Source: Yuukianura sp. NJ FZ-2021
Taxonomy: Eukaryota
Direction: 5' to 3'
Length of the DNA: 64,000 nt
Assembly (NCBI GenBank): GCA_046563655.1
Contig: CM102283.1
Span: forward strand, 7,192,001 to 7,256,000
Below are positions 40,619 through 53,871 of the stretch, piece after piece. The position numbers and the translations under genes were made by a program. The stretch's first letter is position 1. Every line of letters starts with the position of its first letter. The notes under the pieces were generated by a model. The model saw only the letters and a list, made by a program, of their open reading frames with translations, was not told where the DNA came from and did not search any database.

Positions 40619-43113
40619 TCAAAGGTCACGTGGAAGTGGAATGTTAGCGTCAGGAACGACGTAGAGACAGAACTTGGCGCCAAAAAACAAAATAGCAGTC
40701 CAAATGGCCTTGGACAAAGTGAAGGGTGGAAGTTCATGTCCAAAAGGCTGAACATACAGGAAGAAACAGTTGCTCATAATGGCGACAACTCCAAGTATTT
40801 CGAATGCTGTCTAAAACAAAAGTTTGTTTTTAGAAAAAGTTTTTCTGAACTTTTTGTTCAATTGGCTCAATTAAAACTTTTAGACAAAAATGTAGTCGAT
40901 AAAAGTTTAGTACCAGCCATGGTCCAATGTCACGGCTGCCCTTGACTAGTAGTCGGCGGTTGACCTTGCAGAGTTTAAAAGCGTCGGCGCGAATTTCAAA
41001 AAATGTTGCCAACAAGGCTAAGATGGCTGCATAAGGCGAGATTCCAGCAAAGAGGAAAACGTAGCCAAACTGCACATAAATTTCTAGGTAGTCCTCAAAT
41101 GTAGTCTGTAACAAAAATGTTTTAGGAAAAAGTGGAAGTGAAAATGTCAGGGTAAAGTAAATGACCTCGTAGGGTGCCAATTCTTGTTGCTTTTGAGCAT
41201 CTAAACTGCGGGTATCTTTTGCATCGAGCATGCGAAGTTCCGTAGAATCCTTTTTCCAGCGATCTAGAAGCGATTGAGTAGACTGTGTATGTATTGGTGA
41301 CTCGTCGCATAAGATCCAACACACTAATCCAGGCCAATTCTGGGTTAAATATGACTTTAGCTAAAATTTCAGAAAAAAAGAATCAAAATTTGAATTTGGA
41401 ATTTTTGGGACAATTGATTCTTGTGTACCGTCATTAAAGGTTTGTACAGAAAAAGTGGGAAAATTGTTTCTTGGAATGCGCTGGTAAGTGGAAGGATCAA
41501 CAGCATTTGATTCACTTTACACTGGAGGAGATTCAAATCTTGGAGCCAAAAAGCGAAATAAAAGAGCGGCAAAAAGTTAAGCACAAATTCAAACGGAACA
41601 AGTCTTGAGACGCGGTAATATTCAAAATCTGACTCTATTGGATGATTTTCTAAACAAATAAAGAATTCAAACATCTAAAAAACTCAAGTTTTAAACAGAT
41701 TTTTTTTTTCTCAAAATTTTGATAAAAATTTAACTCTTACCCCATTTGGTCAACCATGTCGCAAATTTCCTATAGTACTTGCTAAGAACAGCGACCATCA
41801 GTGCATCCACGACTGTCCAGAGACTTCCCAGAATCCAACTCTCTTCCAGGTAACTTTGAATCCATAGAGACAAGAAAAGTATGGCAGTCGTCATGGCTAC
41901 CACAAGAATAATAGCTCCAGCCGAAACGACATGAATCCTGAGCCAACTTTTTGTATTTTGCCAGAGTGACAACGAAGTTGGGCGACGGAAATGAGGATTG
42001 TGTAAACTCCATTCCGCAGTGTTGGTCCACAATTGAGACAAATCTGTACACTTCCGTCTCCAAAGCTCTTGGCCTACTATGGCTCCACAAAATACGATCA
42101 GAACAGACACCGAGATGATCGTTTTGGTACTGTTGAAAAATGGCCGGAAAAGTCCGAGTACTGCTGGGACTAGAAGGACTTTGAAATAAAGTTCTAAGAA
42201 AGTAAAGTAGAGCGTGATTCCATCTCCAAAGTAGTTCCGGATTTGATCTACAAGAGGCAAATGGCGGCAAAAAGTAAATAAAATCATGATCACTTAAAGT
42301 TCAAGACCTCCCGCGCTCTTTCCTCTTCAACTATAAGCGTTCCTTACAAGATGTAGGAAAGAAAGTTAGATTTTGTAAAAAGTTAGAACAAAATTTTCTT
42401 ACCGAAGGGTTGTTGAGCTATGATGGAGTAAATCCAATAATCTCCAAACTCCGCCAATTCTTCGTCATGAAGTGGAAAGAAATCCAAAATCAACTTTGTT
42501 TCCAAGAAAAAATCAACTGTACAAAGTAAACTGATTTTTGAAATGAATGAAATTTTGAAAATGTTGGTGTTGTGTTGTTGACCTTTGAGCTTACACAATG
42601 GCTGACTGTCAGGAACAAGTAGCGAAGCGTATCCAGGAACTTGTTCTGGAAAGTCTAAACGCATGCGCTGCAGTTCCTGAAAAACGATGAACTGCTTTTC
42701 GGCTGAAGTGAGCAGCGAATCAGCGTCTGCGTCTGCGCTGGAACTTCCATTTCCTAGAAAATCCTTAAGTGTCCCAGTGGTAATAGAACGCAACCGCCTC
42801 ATTCTAGTATTGTACTTTCGAATTCCTAATTCCTGGGCGGAACTGATGAATTTTTGAGTACTCGCCGTTAGATGAGCTCTAATGGTCTAGAAAATAAAAG
42901 TTCGATTAAAAAAGCAACATTTGCTCATAAAAAAAAGCCGCCTGTGTTCAAATTTTTAGTAACTTGGTTTCCATTTCTCAGCGGAGGTTCAAATCGAATC
43001 AAAAGTCCACTCTGTTCAACTTTTTGGACAAACCACGTCAAAGCTTCAAAATGGATTTGGGGCGAAAAGAGAATTACTAAATTCGTTTTTGGAAATTGCT
43101 TTTCGCTGGACAT
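40619..43113 (-). CDS. ANO10: Anoctamin/TMEM16 family, ANO10 (TMEM16K)-like, divergent
   Basis: LLTSAEKQFIV, FFPLHDEE, DQIRNYFGDGITLYFTFL, WLTKW|ENH, FEFVLNFLPLFYFAFW, TFEDYLEIYVQFGYVFLFA, EIRADAFKLC, IGPWL|TAFEILGVVAIMSNC. Stop at 40619. Subfamily assignment is tentative. Confidence 0.88.
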
Positions 43114-44326
43114 GGTTCTTGTCCAGGAATCGTTTTTGGCGGGAATATTTTTTTTTCTTCAAACGTTTCAAGTTACATAGGGCTTGAGCCGACGGTGTAG
43201 AATTTTTAATGAGGGTTTTGAACTGGAAGGTTGCCAAAACAACTTAAAAAGTCAAATTTGCCTTGACCCAGTTCCACTTCTTCAGAGTTTCCTGGAAGAT
43301 TCAGTAGAGGCGCATCTACAGTATTATCAAAATTGTGTTCAGTTGCTTGGCAACGGAGCGGCGTGACATTTGACCTGATTCATTAAAGCACAAGTGAATC
43401 CAGGGGGTTTTTGTAAAGAAAGACAATTTTCTTAATGCTGTTTCCAATTTCAGCCGAAACTGTATCCTCAAACAGTTGACTTTCACCTCTGTTGTTGTTG
43501 AATTTGAGTTTTCATTTGATCCTGGAGCCAAAAGCAGCAGGAAGATTGGAAGATGTGACAAAGATTAGGAGCTGCACTGCCATTGTTTTTCTAAACGACA
43601 AACAGGATTAGTCTAGCCCTTGGTCCCTATTGTTTAATTTCGTATTTGGAAAATCCCTTGAAGGATCCCTCCATTTCAGCACGACCTGACACAAAGGAAG
43701 TCATACCAGTCGCCACCATCACTCGAATTCACACGGTTGGTGGCACGGTATTCGCTTTTATAAATATTTGCTGTATTCTTGCTGAAATTACTTTTGGCTA
43801 AAGTATAATTGACAATAAAAATAGGCTATTGGAACAAGGTTAGCAAAAGAAAAGAGACGGTGGGAGAAAAGTGAACGAAGAGGTCAAAGGTCAGCACTGT
43901 TTTGTGCTCTACAAGCACCGTGTAATTGCAAATGACATCTTCTGTTTTCTTTTACAACATTTTTTTCAAATTCCATTGAACTGTTCTTGTTCTGTTGGCG
44001 GTGAAAGTTAAAACATTCTTTGAAACTCTACAAAAACTGCACAATTTTGTGAAAAGGTTTTGAACATTAGAAGATGGGGATTTTAGTCTTTGGAATTACA
44101 AGAATTTCGACAAATGCTTTTTCTTTTTTCCTCGAAATTTTGCTTTTTCTGATTTTTTTTTGCAAGTACGGTTTCATGATGTAATCTTTTTAAGCGAAAT
44201 GAAAACTAGAATCCGTCTGAGAGAAAGTCATCCAGGCAAAAAATATCTTTTGTTGACATTGCACCAAAAAGTGCTGCAAACCTTGGCCGTTTCCGAACAA
44301 GATAAAACTGTGAATCAGACGACATG

Positions 44327-44529
44327 GAGCTTGCGTTATAAACGATTTGTAGAATTCATAGGAAGTATGTGCAGAATTGAGGAAGTCTGTGTCTCTATTG
44401 GTCGATTTCAAATCTGTGACGTCACTTTTTAAACGTTTTCATTTATAAATTATAAATTTTTTCCCAAAGTTTGAAAAGTGACGTCACTAACTACCGATAA
44501 AATCTATAAATTATTTATAACGCAAACTC
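44327..44529. mobile_element. MITE-like palindromic element carrying two GTGACGTCAC palindromes
   Basis: Left arm gagcttgcgttataaacgatttgtag versus right arm ctataaattatttataacgcaaactc. Inner IR gtgacgtcactttttaaac / gtttgaaaagtgacgtcac (18/19). Confidence 0.75.
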
Positions 44530-45793
44530 TATTAATTTCTTTCAGTTTCAGGGAGAAAGAAGAAGATGGAGTCACTTTCCCGTTTTTGTTTTTTTTTAAT
44601 GAAAATTATGGGTTTTGATTCCGTTGTGGATGGATTGAAGTGGAAGTGCTTTTGATGTGTGGAGTATATCGCTAACGCTTCTGAATCCTGACGGCCGTGT
44701 CAGTGCTAAGCGAACCGCGAGAAATTGAATTTATGAACAAATCGATATTAGTTTTACATTTTGCTTTCTCCCTTTTGTGTTCGTTTCTGCCAGAATTCTA
44801 TTGCATCCTTGAACTTATCTACCACAAAAAATGTTATACCCGAATTCCATGTTATTGTAACCGCTGCATTTCATAGTAACTACTAGTAGTATAGAAAACA
44901 ATAATGAAAAATTTGTTTTCCAATTTTCAAGGTTGAGCGAAGGTGGAAAAAGTTTGCCGTATATTGTTTGAGTTGAGAGTCATGTTTCAGTTGCAATTTT
45001 CTTGAGTAATGCAGTGACGGAAGTTTTAGCAACGAAGATTTTGAGATTTCAATCTCTGCGGATTAGGAGGAAAAGTGAGTCTTCCACCCAAAAATGATTT
45101 CGGCACAACTTCTACACCAAAAGCCGGAGTTGTAGCCTTTTTTCAGATAAAGAAAAGAAAAAAAAAAGTTCAAAATTCAAAAAGTGAAGAAAAGTACAAT
45201 CTTTTCTACTTCTTTTTTTCAAAAATCTGTGAAGATGCAGCATGAAGGAGCTGAAGGGATTGTGAATATTCAGGAGATTTTCATTTATTCAGGATTTTGA
45301 GAAATGGAAGTTATAGTGGAAACGGCTTTCCAGATTTTTCGCGTTTCAAAAAAAAAGTGCTAGAAAAGTGAGGAGTTGAATGAATTTCTACTCCGGCTTT
45401 AAAAAGATATTTTGAATGGCAATGTTAGAACTATGTTTGTTGAACAAAAAGTTTTCCAGAAGCCGTGGAAAGACTTTTTCCAAAACTTTTTGACTTTTAC
45501 GAACTCCCACCACACCAGGGTTTCGAATCAAAAAGTTTGTAGTTACTGAAGCTAAAAGTGTTCAAAACATTCTGGGCATGTAAAGTCTCAGTTTCATTTT
45601 CGTTTTTAGTTTTCTCCAAATGTATTTCAGAAACAGTAATTTGAATAATTTCTCTTTCTATTTCTAGACACTGCTGGTGAAAGTGATAGCTGCTGCTGAA
45701 ATCTTGTTTACTTTCTCAAGTACTTGAACTGACTCTGAGGTCTTTCCTATTCAAAATCCACAAACAAATAATGACTTAACTTCATCTTGTACT

Positions 45794-46181
45794 ATGGGAG
45801 AGCCTGGAACGACCTCTGGAGCCACATTAGCAGGATCAAGTGGAGCTGTGGGAGGAGCTACTGGTGGAACCGACGGTTCTGGACGAAAACTAGAAGATAT
45901 GGATACTTCCACGATGACGGCCGACGAATTAAAACTGTTCATTGACACGGGCCGAACCGGAAGACGAAATGCGCTTCCGGATGTAACCGAAGAGGGGGTC
46001 ATCACGACCTCGACGGCCGACGTCGCCGATGCCATGAACTCCCTAAACTTTCAGTCAGGTAAAACATCTAAGCTAAAAAGAGTGAAATTTTGAATTTTAG
46101 TGTTTAATAAAATTTGACCTGACCTTTGCAGGAAATGAGCCATCAACGTCCTCCAGCACAGCGCAAGGAAAATCTTCTTGA
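45794..46181 (+). CDS. PKI: cAMP-dependent protein kinase inhibitor (PKI), 104 aa, two coding exons
   Basis: Pseudosubstrate FIDTGRTGRRNALPDV and NES-like VADAMNSLNF. Intron 46059-46131. Upstream acceptor tttctag ends at 45667, so the 5' UTR is spliced. Confidence 0.92.
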
Positions 46182-46871
46182 TGTGACTCAACTGCCGAGC
46201 AGTAACTTTTTACGATTAACCTTCGGAGTATTGATGGACAAAATGGAGACGCGACATCGATTGAAATTTTTTAAGGTGTCGTGTAGTGTCATTTTCCTTC
46301 CCGCCATTTTCAAATTTCTCAACACTTTGAAATTTTGGCGACAAAAGATCTCAAGTTTATCCCACCAATAAAAAGAGCGCAGCAGCTAAACGACGGCAAA
46401 CGAAAACTAAGACCGACGATTGTGTCGAAAGCAAACGTTGACGAAAAGGAGCCAATAAATTCTTGTCAAACTTTAGTAATTATTTTAATTATCTTAATTA
46501 TTAACTTAAATGTAAATCTTATGCCATTTTTGTCTTTAGCGCCCTCAACAATAAGTTATTCGGACTTTGTAGTTGACTTCCTCTACGCAACCTTTGACCT
46601 TTCCACTTTACAGCTGTGCTGTGGGGAAATGGCTAACTTTAGCTAAGTTTTATGTATGCATGCATTTACTAAAAACGAAAGATCAGGTGAAAACAATCAG
46701 AAGGCGTGTAATTATAAACCGCGGTTCACCATTTTTGTAACTATAAACTTAACAAACTTATGGATTCGTCAAGTATTACGAAGAAATAAAGTAAAAACGT
46801 TCGAGTCGACCGCAAGGATCATGATAAACTCCGAACTTTTCTGAATTTTGAAAAATCTATTTTCAAATGCT

Positions 46872-46885
46872 GTTGCTATGACAAG
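46872..46885 (+). promoter_or_regulatory. X-box (RFX) motif upstream of EFCAB1/calaxin
   Basis: GTTGCTATGACAAG, ~190 bp before the ATG of a cilia/flagella gene. It differs from a canonical X-box at the last base. Confidence 0.5.
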
Positions 46886-47077
46886 AAACCAAGAAAAAAT
46901 TACTCGTGTGATCAACGAAAATTTATCTACTTTGTATTCAAAAACCACAAAGTGGAGCAGCACATTGAACAGACTAAATACAATACTACTTGCAGCATCG
47001 CGGAACTTTCAACATTTTTGTCAAACCATTTGATTTTGTTTTGGCATCTTTTCAATAAATAGTCTACTAAAAATAAA

Positions 47078-48150
47078 ATGGACAGTAAAATGGATTTCGT
47101 TGTGCTAAAATCGTCACGCGGAATGCTGGCGAAGCGTCAGCATTTGACCAGCCTTGCTGACGAACTTAGCGACCAAACGCACTTCAACCAAGAAGAGGTA
47201 AGCAAGTGGACTACTTTTCAAGTAGTGCTGCCTAACAAGTTCTTTTAACTTTGAAATTCGATATTCCCGCCAAACCCGTTTTATGTTACATTTAGGCACC
47301 TAGTAATTACAAAAACCGATAAATTTTCATTAATTTCCTTTGACAGTGTTTGGCCCTGTTGTATACCCATGAGAACTTGAACTACCGGGGGAAACTGGAT
47401 CGCGGTCGATTTCGAGAGTTCCTGTACAGTTGCCTTGGAATCAGCAACGACTTGATGCTAGACCTCACATTTCGCGCATTCGATCGAAACTCCGATGGAA
47501 CTGTATGTTATACAATAGTAGAAAAGCGACACAATATAAGACATGCTGAAATTCTGTTGATTCACGCTAGGTTGATCCAATGGAATTCGTCACCGGACTG
47601 AGTCAGATGATTCGTGGAACAATGGAGGAACTGACTGAATTTTGTTACTTCATCTACGACATGAATGGCGACCGTTCGTTGGCACGAGAAGAACTTTATC
47701 AGTGTCTCAGAGGCTGTCTTCAACCAGGTTTCGGTCTTGAACCGGAAGAAATCGAAGATGCTGAAAAGGAAATTGTTGAACTGGCAATGAAAAAATTGGA
47801 TCATAACCATGATGGACAAATAACATACGAAGATTTCCGAAATGCTGTTAGAGGAGATCCACTTCTGGTGATTGCTTGTGGAGAATGTCTTCCTGGGGAT
47901 ACTTACTTGTCACGCTTTCTGTACACGATTACTGAAGACTACAGAAGCTTCACCACTGGGCTCATCGGTAATCGATTAACGTCAAAATAGATTTCCAATA
48001 AGCTTTTAGGTCATTGTAAATTTAAATTCTAAGTTTCATTTTCAAATGCTAGGGAATGCTCGAAAGAAGGTGCACCGCTTTTCGTCGATGCAAAGCAAGT
48101 CGGTTTTTTCCGTAACCAGTCAGAAATCAACGGTGATCAATCTGCGATAA
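47078..48150 (+). CDS. EFCAB1: EF-hand calcium-binding protein EFCAB1 / calaxin-like
   Basis: THFNQEE|CLALL...LDRGRFREFLYSCLGISNDLMLDLTFRAFDRNSDGT|VDPMEFVTGLS..RGTMEELTEFCYFIYDMNGDRSLAREE...KKLDHNHDGQITYEDF..AVRGDPLL..CGECLP. The last intron is inferred; without it the CDS ends at 47990. Confidence 0.87.
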
Positions 48151-48620
48151 TCAAGCTGCAGTAATCAATCTGAGATAATCAGCCAATCCAACTATTTTCT
48201 CCGTTTCATCGAAAAAATTACTCAACATTCATAAATTCATGCCAAAATTTCAGAATAATGAACGAGCTCTGTCTATTTTCTAAAAAATAGTCAGGAAATT
48301 TCAAAGACTAAAATTGTAATTCAAGTATGCTTGAAATACTCAATAAATCGTCGTATCATTTAACATTTGAGAAAAAATTGTTTTTACTCACCTCAATTTC
48401 TAAAAAAAAACGAACAAAACAGTGCAAACCAGTTTGATTTTTTCCAACAAAGGAGAGACGCCAATAATCAATCCTCGACAGATCCACGCGGAAATCAATG
48501 TTGAAATTGGTGGTGGAATATCATGTGACAGTGGCAGGGTGTGAAAAGTTTGAGGAAGGCGAACGAAGCGTGGCCAAAAACCCCTGACTAGACAGCTGCA
48601 CCGGTCCAAGTGGGGTCCAT

Positions 48621-48974
48621 GCCATTACATCGAAAGAAAAGACATCGCAGAAAAAGACATCAAAAAGAAACACATCAAAAATGCAAACACGTCGAAACAA
48701 AAGACATCGACAATGCAAACACATCGAAACAAAAGACATCGAAAACTAACCTCAGTCAGCCAAACCTACTCACGCGATCACTATTGGCTTTACGAAACCT
48801 AACTCCGTGCCTTTGGCGCGGAAACTGCAACAAAACTTTAACATCTGGGTACAATCTAGAATTGTCTTTTATAAGTTTTCATTTTTAGTCTGAAACTGCT
48901 CACCGTTGTGTTTCTTTTCGATGTCTTTTTCTCCGATGCCTTTTCTTTCGATTTGTTTTTTTCGATGTAATGGC
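48621..48974. mobile_element. MITE-like element with perfect 15-bp TIR and subterminal ~15-bp tandem repeats
   Basis: gccattacatcgaaa at 48621 and tttcgatgtaatggc ending 48974. Arrays of aaaagacatcg on the left and cgatgtctttt on the right. Confidence 0.85.
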
Positions 48975-49299
48975 GTGCTTCGTACGCATAATACGGTAAA
49001 ATTTATACTACAATAGTTTGTAAGTCTTAAAATCTTGTGCTAATAATGTTTACCATTACAACTTAACCAACACAGGAAGAACTACGGTAGTTGGGAATTA
49101 CAATTAAACTGGGTGCAGCTATCTGAAAATTTGGTTGGGATGCGGGGGATTTCCGTGCAGACGCGCCATTGCTGGTCCCTTTCTTTCTTCCTGCTTTATT
49201 AGCCCGTGTTCCTCTCCTCCCTCGTTCATTTCTCTTCTTTCCTTTGTAGCAGTGAGGTTTCATCGTCCTGATCGATATTTCCCCCTGCTTTAGTTTATT

Positions 49300-49354
49300 A
49301 AATTAATTAAAAAAACACAAAAAAAATTAAAAAATTTAGAAAATCACAAAAAAA
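49300..49354 (+). promoter_or_regulatory. A-rich autoregulatory sequence in the PABP 5' UTR
   Basis: Several oligo(A) runs within the non-coding first exon (donor at 49451), downstream of pyrimidine tracts at 49177-49245. Confidence 0.7.
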
Positions 49355-50337
49355 GTGATAGGTCAAAGGGGAGGGCCAGTTGTTCCAGATTCTACAAGCC
49401 GCAATTCATCGGTTTCCTTCTGAACATTCTACAGATTTTTCTTCCAAGAGGTGAGTCAACTCCGCCATCTTTTCTTCTCTTGTTCTCTCTGTACAATAGG
49501 TCCCTTCTCTCTTATGTTATCCTTCCATCTCCATCATACGCAACACCACAACCCACACTTTACCTTTAGCATTACCTTACCGTAGCATAGTTAACTCATC
49601 ATCAACTACGTAGGCACAAGAATAACTGGCAATTTAAGGTATTCCATTGCATGTACCTCGCATATGTTCAATGTTGGAGTAGCAGAAGTGGGTGGAATAG
49701 ACAGGAATTACTAATTTACTTTTAGAAAATGGGATCATACTTCTTATTTTGTATTTTATCGATCACACGATCTATTGAAAATCAAACGTTTTTAGCATGA
49801 AATTTAACGTTTACTATGAAAAACGATGATCAGATGACTTGAACATGAGCGAATAAGCATAAAAGGTCATTTACCTGTTATGTGTTATTACAGCATATTA
49901 CATTGAACGAGTAGTAATAACGACAACACTTTAACAGAAGATCATTGTTTTTTATGGTTTTACATTTTCATTACTAAATCTAAATCTAAATGTAAATTCG
50001 ACAGATTGGAATTTTTATTGGCATTGGCAAGGAATACTTGTCCATATCTGCAAGTCCATTGGGGGTCGGGTCATATGGGTGCAGTATGGAGGATCCCACT
50101 CCTTGACCAGAAAATTTAAAAGTGTCCGTGCCCCCCACCCCTTCGTCTTCCTTATTCGTATTGCGACTGCGTAGTCTATACTTCGCATTTAAGTTTTTTT
50201 TTAAATAGTTCTGGATCTTGAAGATTCCTTCGTAGTTCAACAAAATTTTGAAGTCAGGTTGTATTTCCTGTGTAGAACTGCTGCCGGAAGATACGATTCA
50301 GTCAAGTTTTGTGATTGCATACTGATCATTCATTTGA

Positions 50338-52778
<2,441 letters not shown>

Positions 52779-53480
52779 ATTACCTCAAAATCCAAAAAAC
52801 ATCATCATCAAACTCTACATTCTTCAGAACCTCGCTGCCGGAACATTAATTCAGGTTTCTAAAATTCAAAATCTTGTTTCCTTTCCTTTCCTTCCTTTCC
52901 TTTTCTAAATTTCCAAAAACAAAATTGAGCAATTAGGCGTTAAAGTTTCAGAAAATTCTTTCTTTTCTAATTGGTAAATTTTTACTAGAGCCGGGCGGGG
53001 TTGAATTGGATTTTTATTGTATAAGAATTAAAAATTGTTTCAAAGTCTTTAAAATACTTTCAAAAAAATCGAAAAACATCGCAAAACAAATTATGTAACT
53101 AAAAAATTCAAAAAAAAAAGTAGTGGCGGGATTTGAATGACTCTTTTTTTTTCTAACATGCAACGTAAGAGAGTCTAAGACACGGAATTACCAGAGAGAA
53201 TTTTCTTTTTGTTTCTAAAATTACTTTACAATTTTCAGTTTTTTTTTTCAAATTCAAATTCAAAGTTGTGTTCAACTCAAACTGTTTTTCCGATTCAGGA
53301 ACGGTTCCAATGGAGCCGAACAGTTTTTTCCGATTCAGGAACCGAACATGCACTTTTTGTTTCACTTATTTTTGACTTCTGCTAAGTTGATTGGCATTTT
53401 TTTCGAAATTTGAATTCTCTTTGGTAGTTTTTGTTTGAAAAGTATTTCAAAAACAGATTTGATTGGCCTCCCAATCAACC

Positions 53481-53871
53481 AAAAAAAACACAGCCTTCTG
53501 TAAACTCAGTGGTTGGCCATCTCATGTCCGATCTATTTGTTGCAGTCGGTTTAAAAACAAGCACGGTGCGGCTTCGAAATCTCGTTAAGCCCCCTGCTCA
53601 CCCACACATCATCAAACAACATGCGATTCGCCTAACCTTCGCTTTTTTAGTAATTCTAAACTGCGAAATCCTCCAACATTCCAAGCAATGCTGGTATCAG
53701 AGGATTATCTCTAATCGGAGATGGTTTGCGATCGTATCCATGTTAACGGTTGCGTGCAATCCCACGCTGACTGTTGCCGAAGTGGGACGGAGGTAAACTC
53801 CAGTCTAACTTCTGTACTCATCTCAACAACTCCGAATGTAAATGCGCGGTAGACTCCTTTATCACATGAGC
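53481..53871 (-). ncRNA. Candidate structured non-coding RNA (~390 nt), family unassigned
   Basis: GC-richer island with no credible ORF. Closing helix ctcatgt/acatgag, at least six local hairpins, and a 3' hairpin followed by T8 on the minus strand. Confidence 0.4.

Noticed and set aside
49831-49940. Hammerhead ribozyme in the PABP intron junction
   Set aside because: CAGAUGA and GAAG deviate from CUGANGA and GAAA, and they are not placed correctly relative to the helices.
53506-53614. C/D box snoRNA (UGAUGA...CUGA on the minus strand)
   Set aside because: The C box lacks the leading purine, there is no convincing terminal stem, and I recognise no rRNA guide. Kept only as part of the larger ncRNA candidate.
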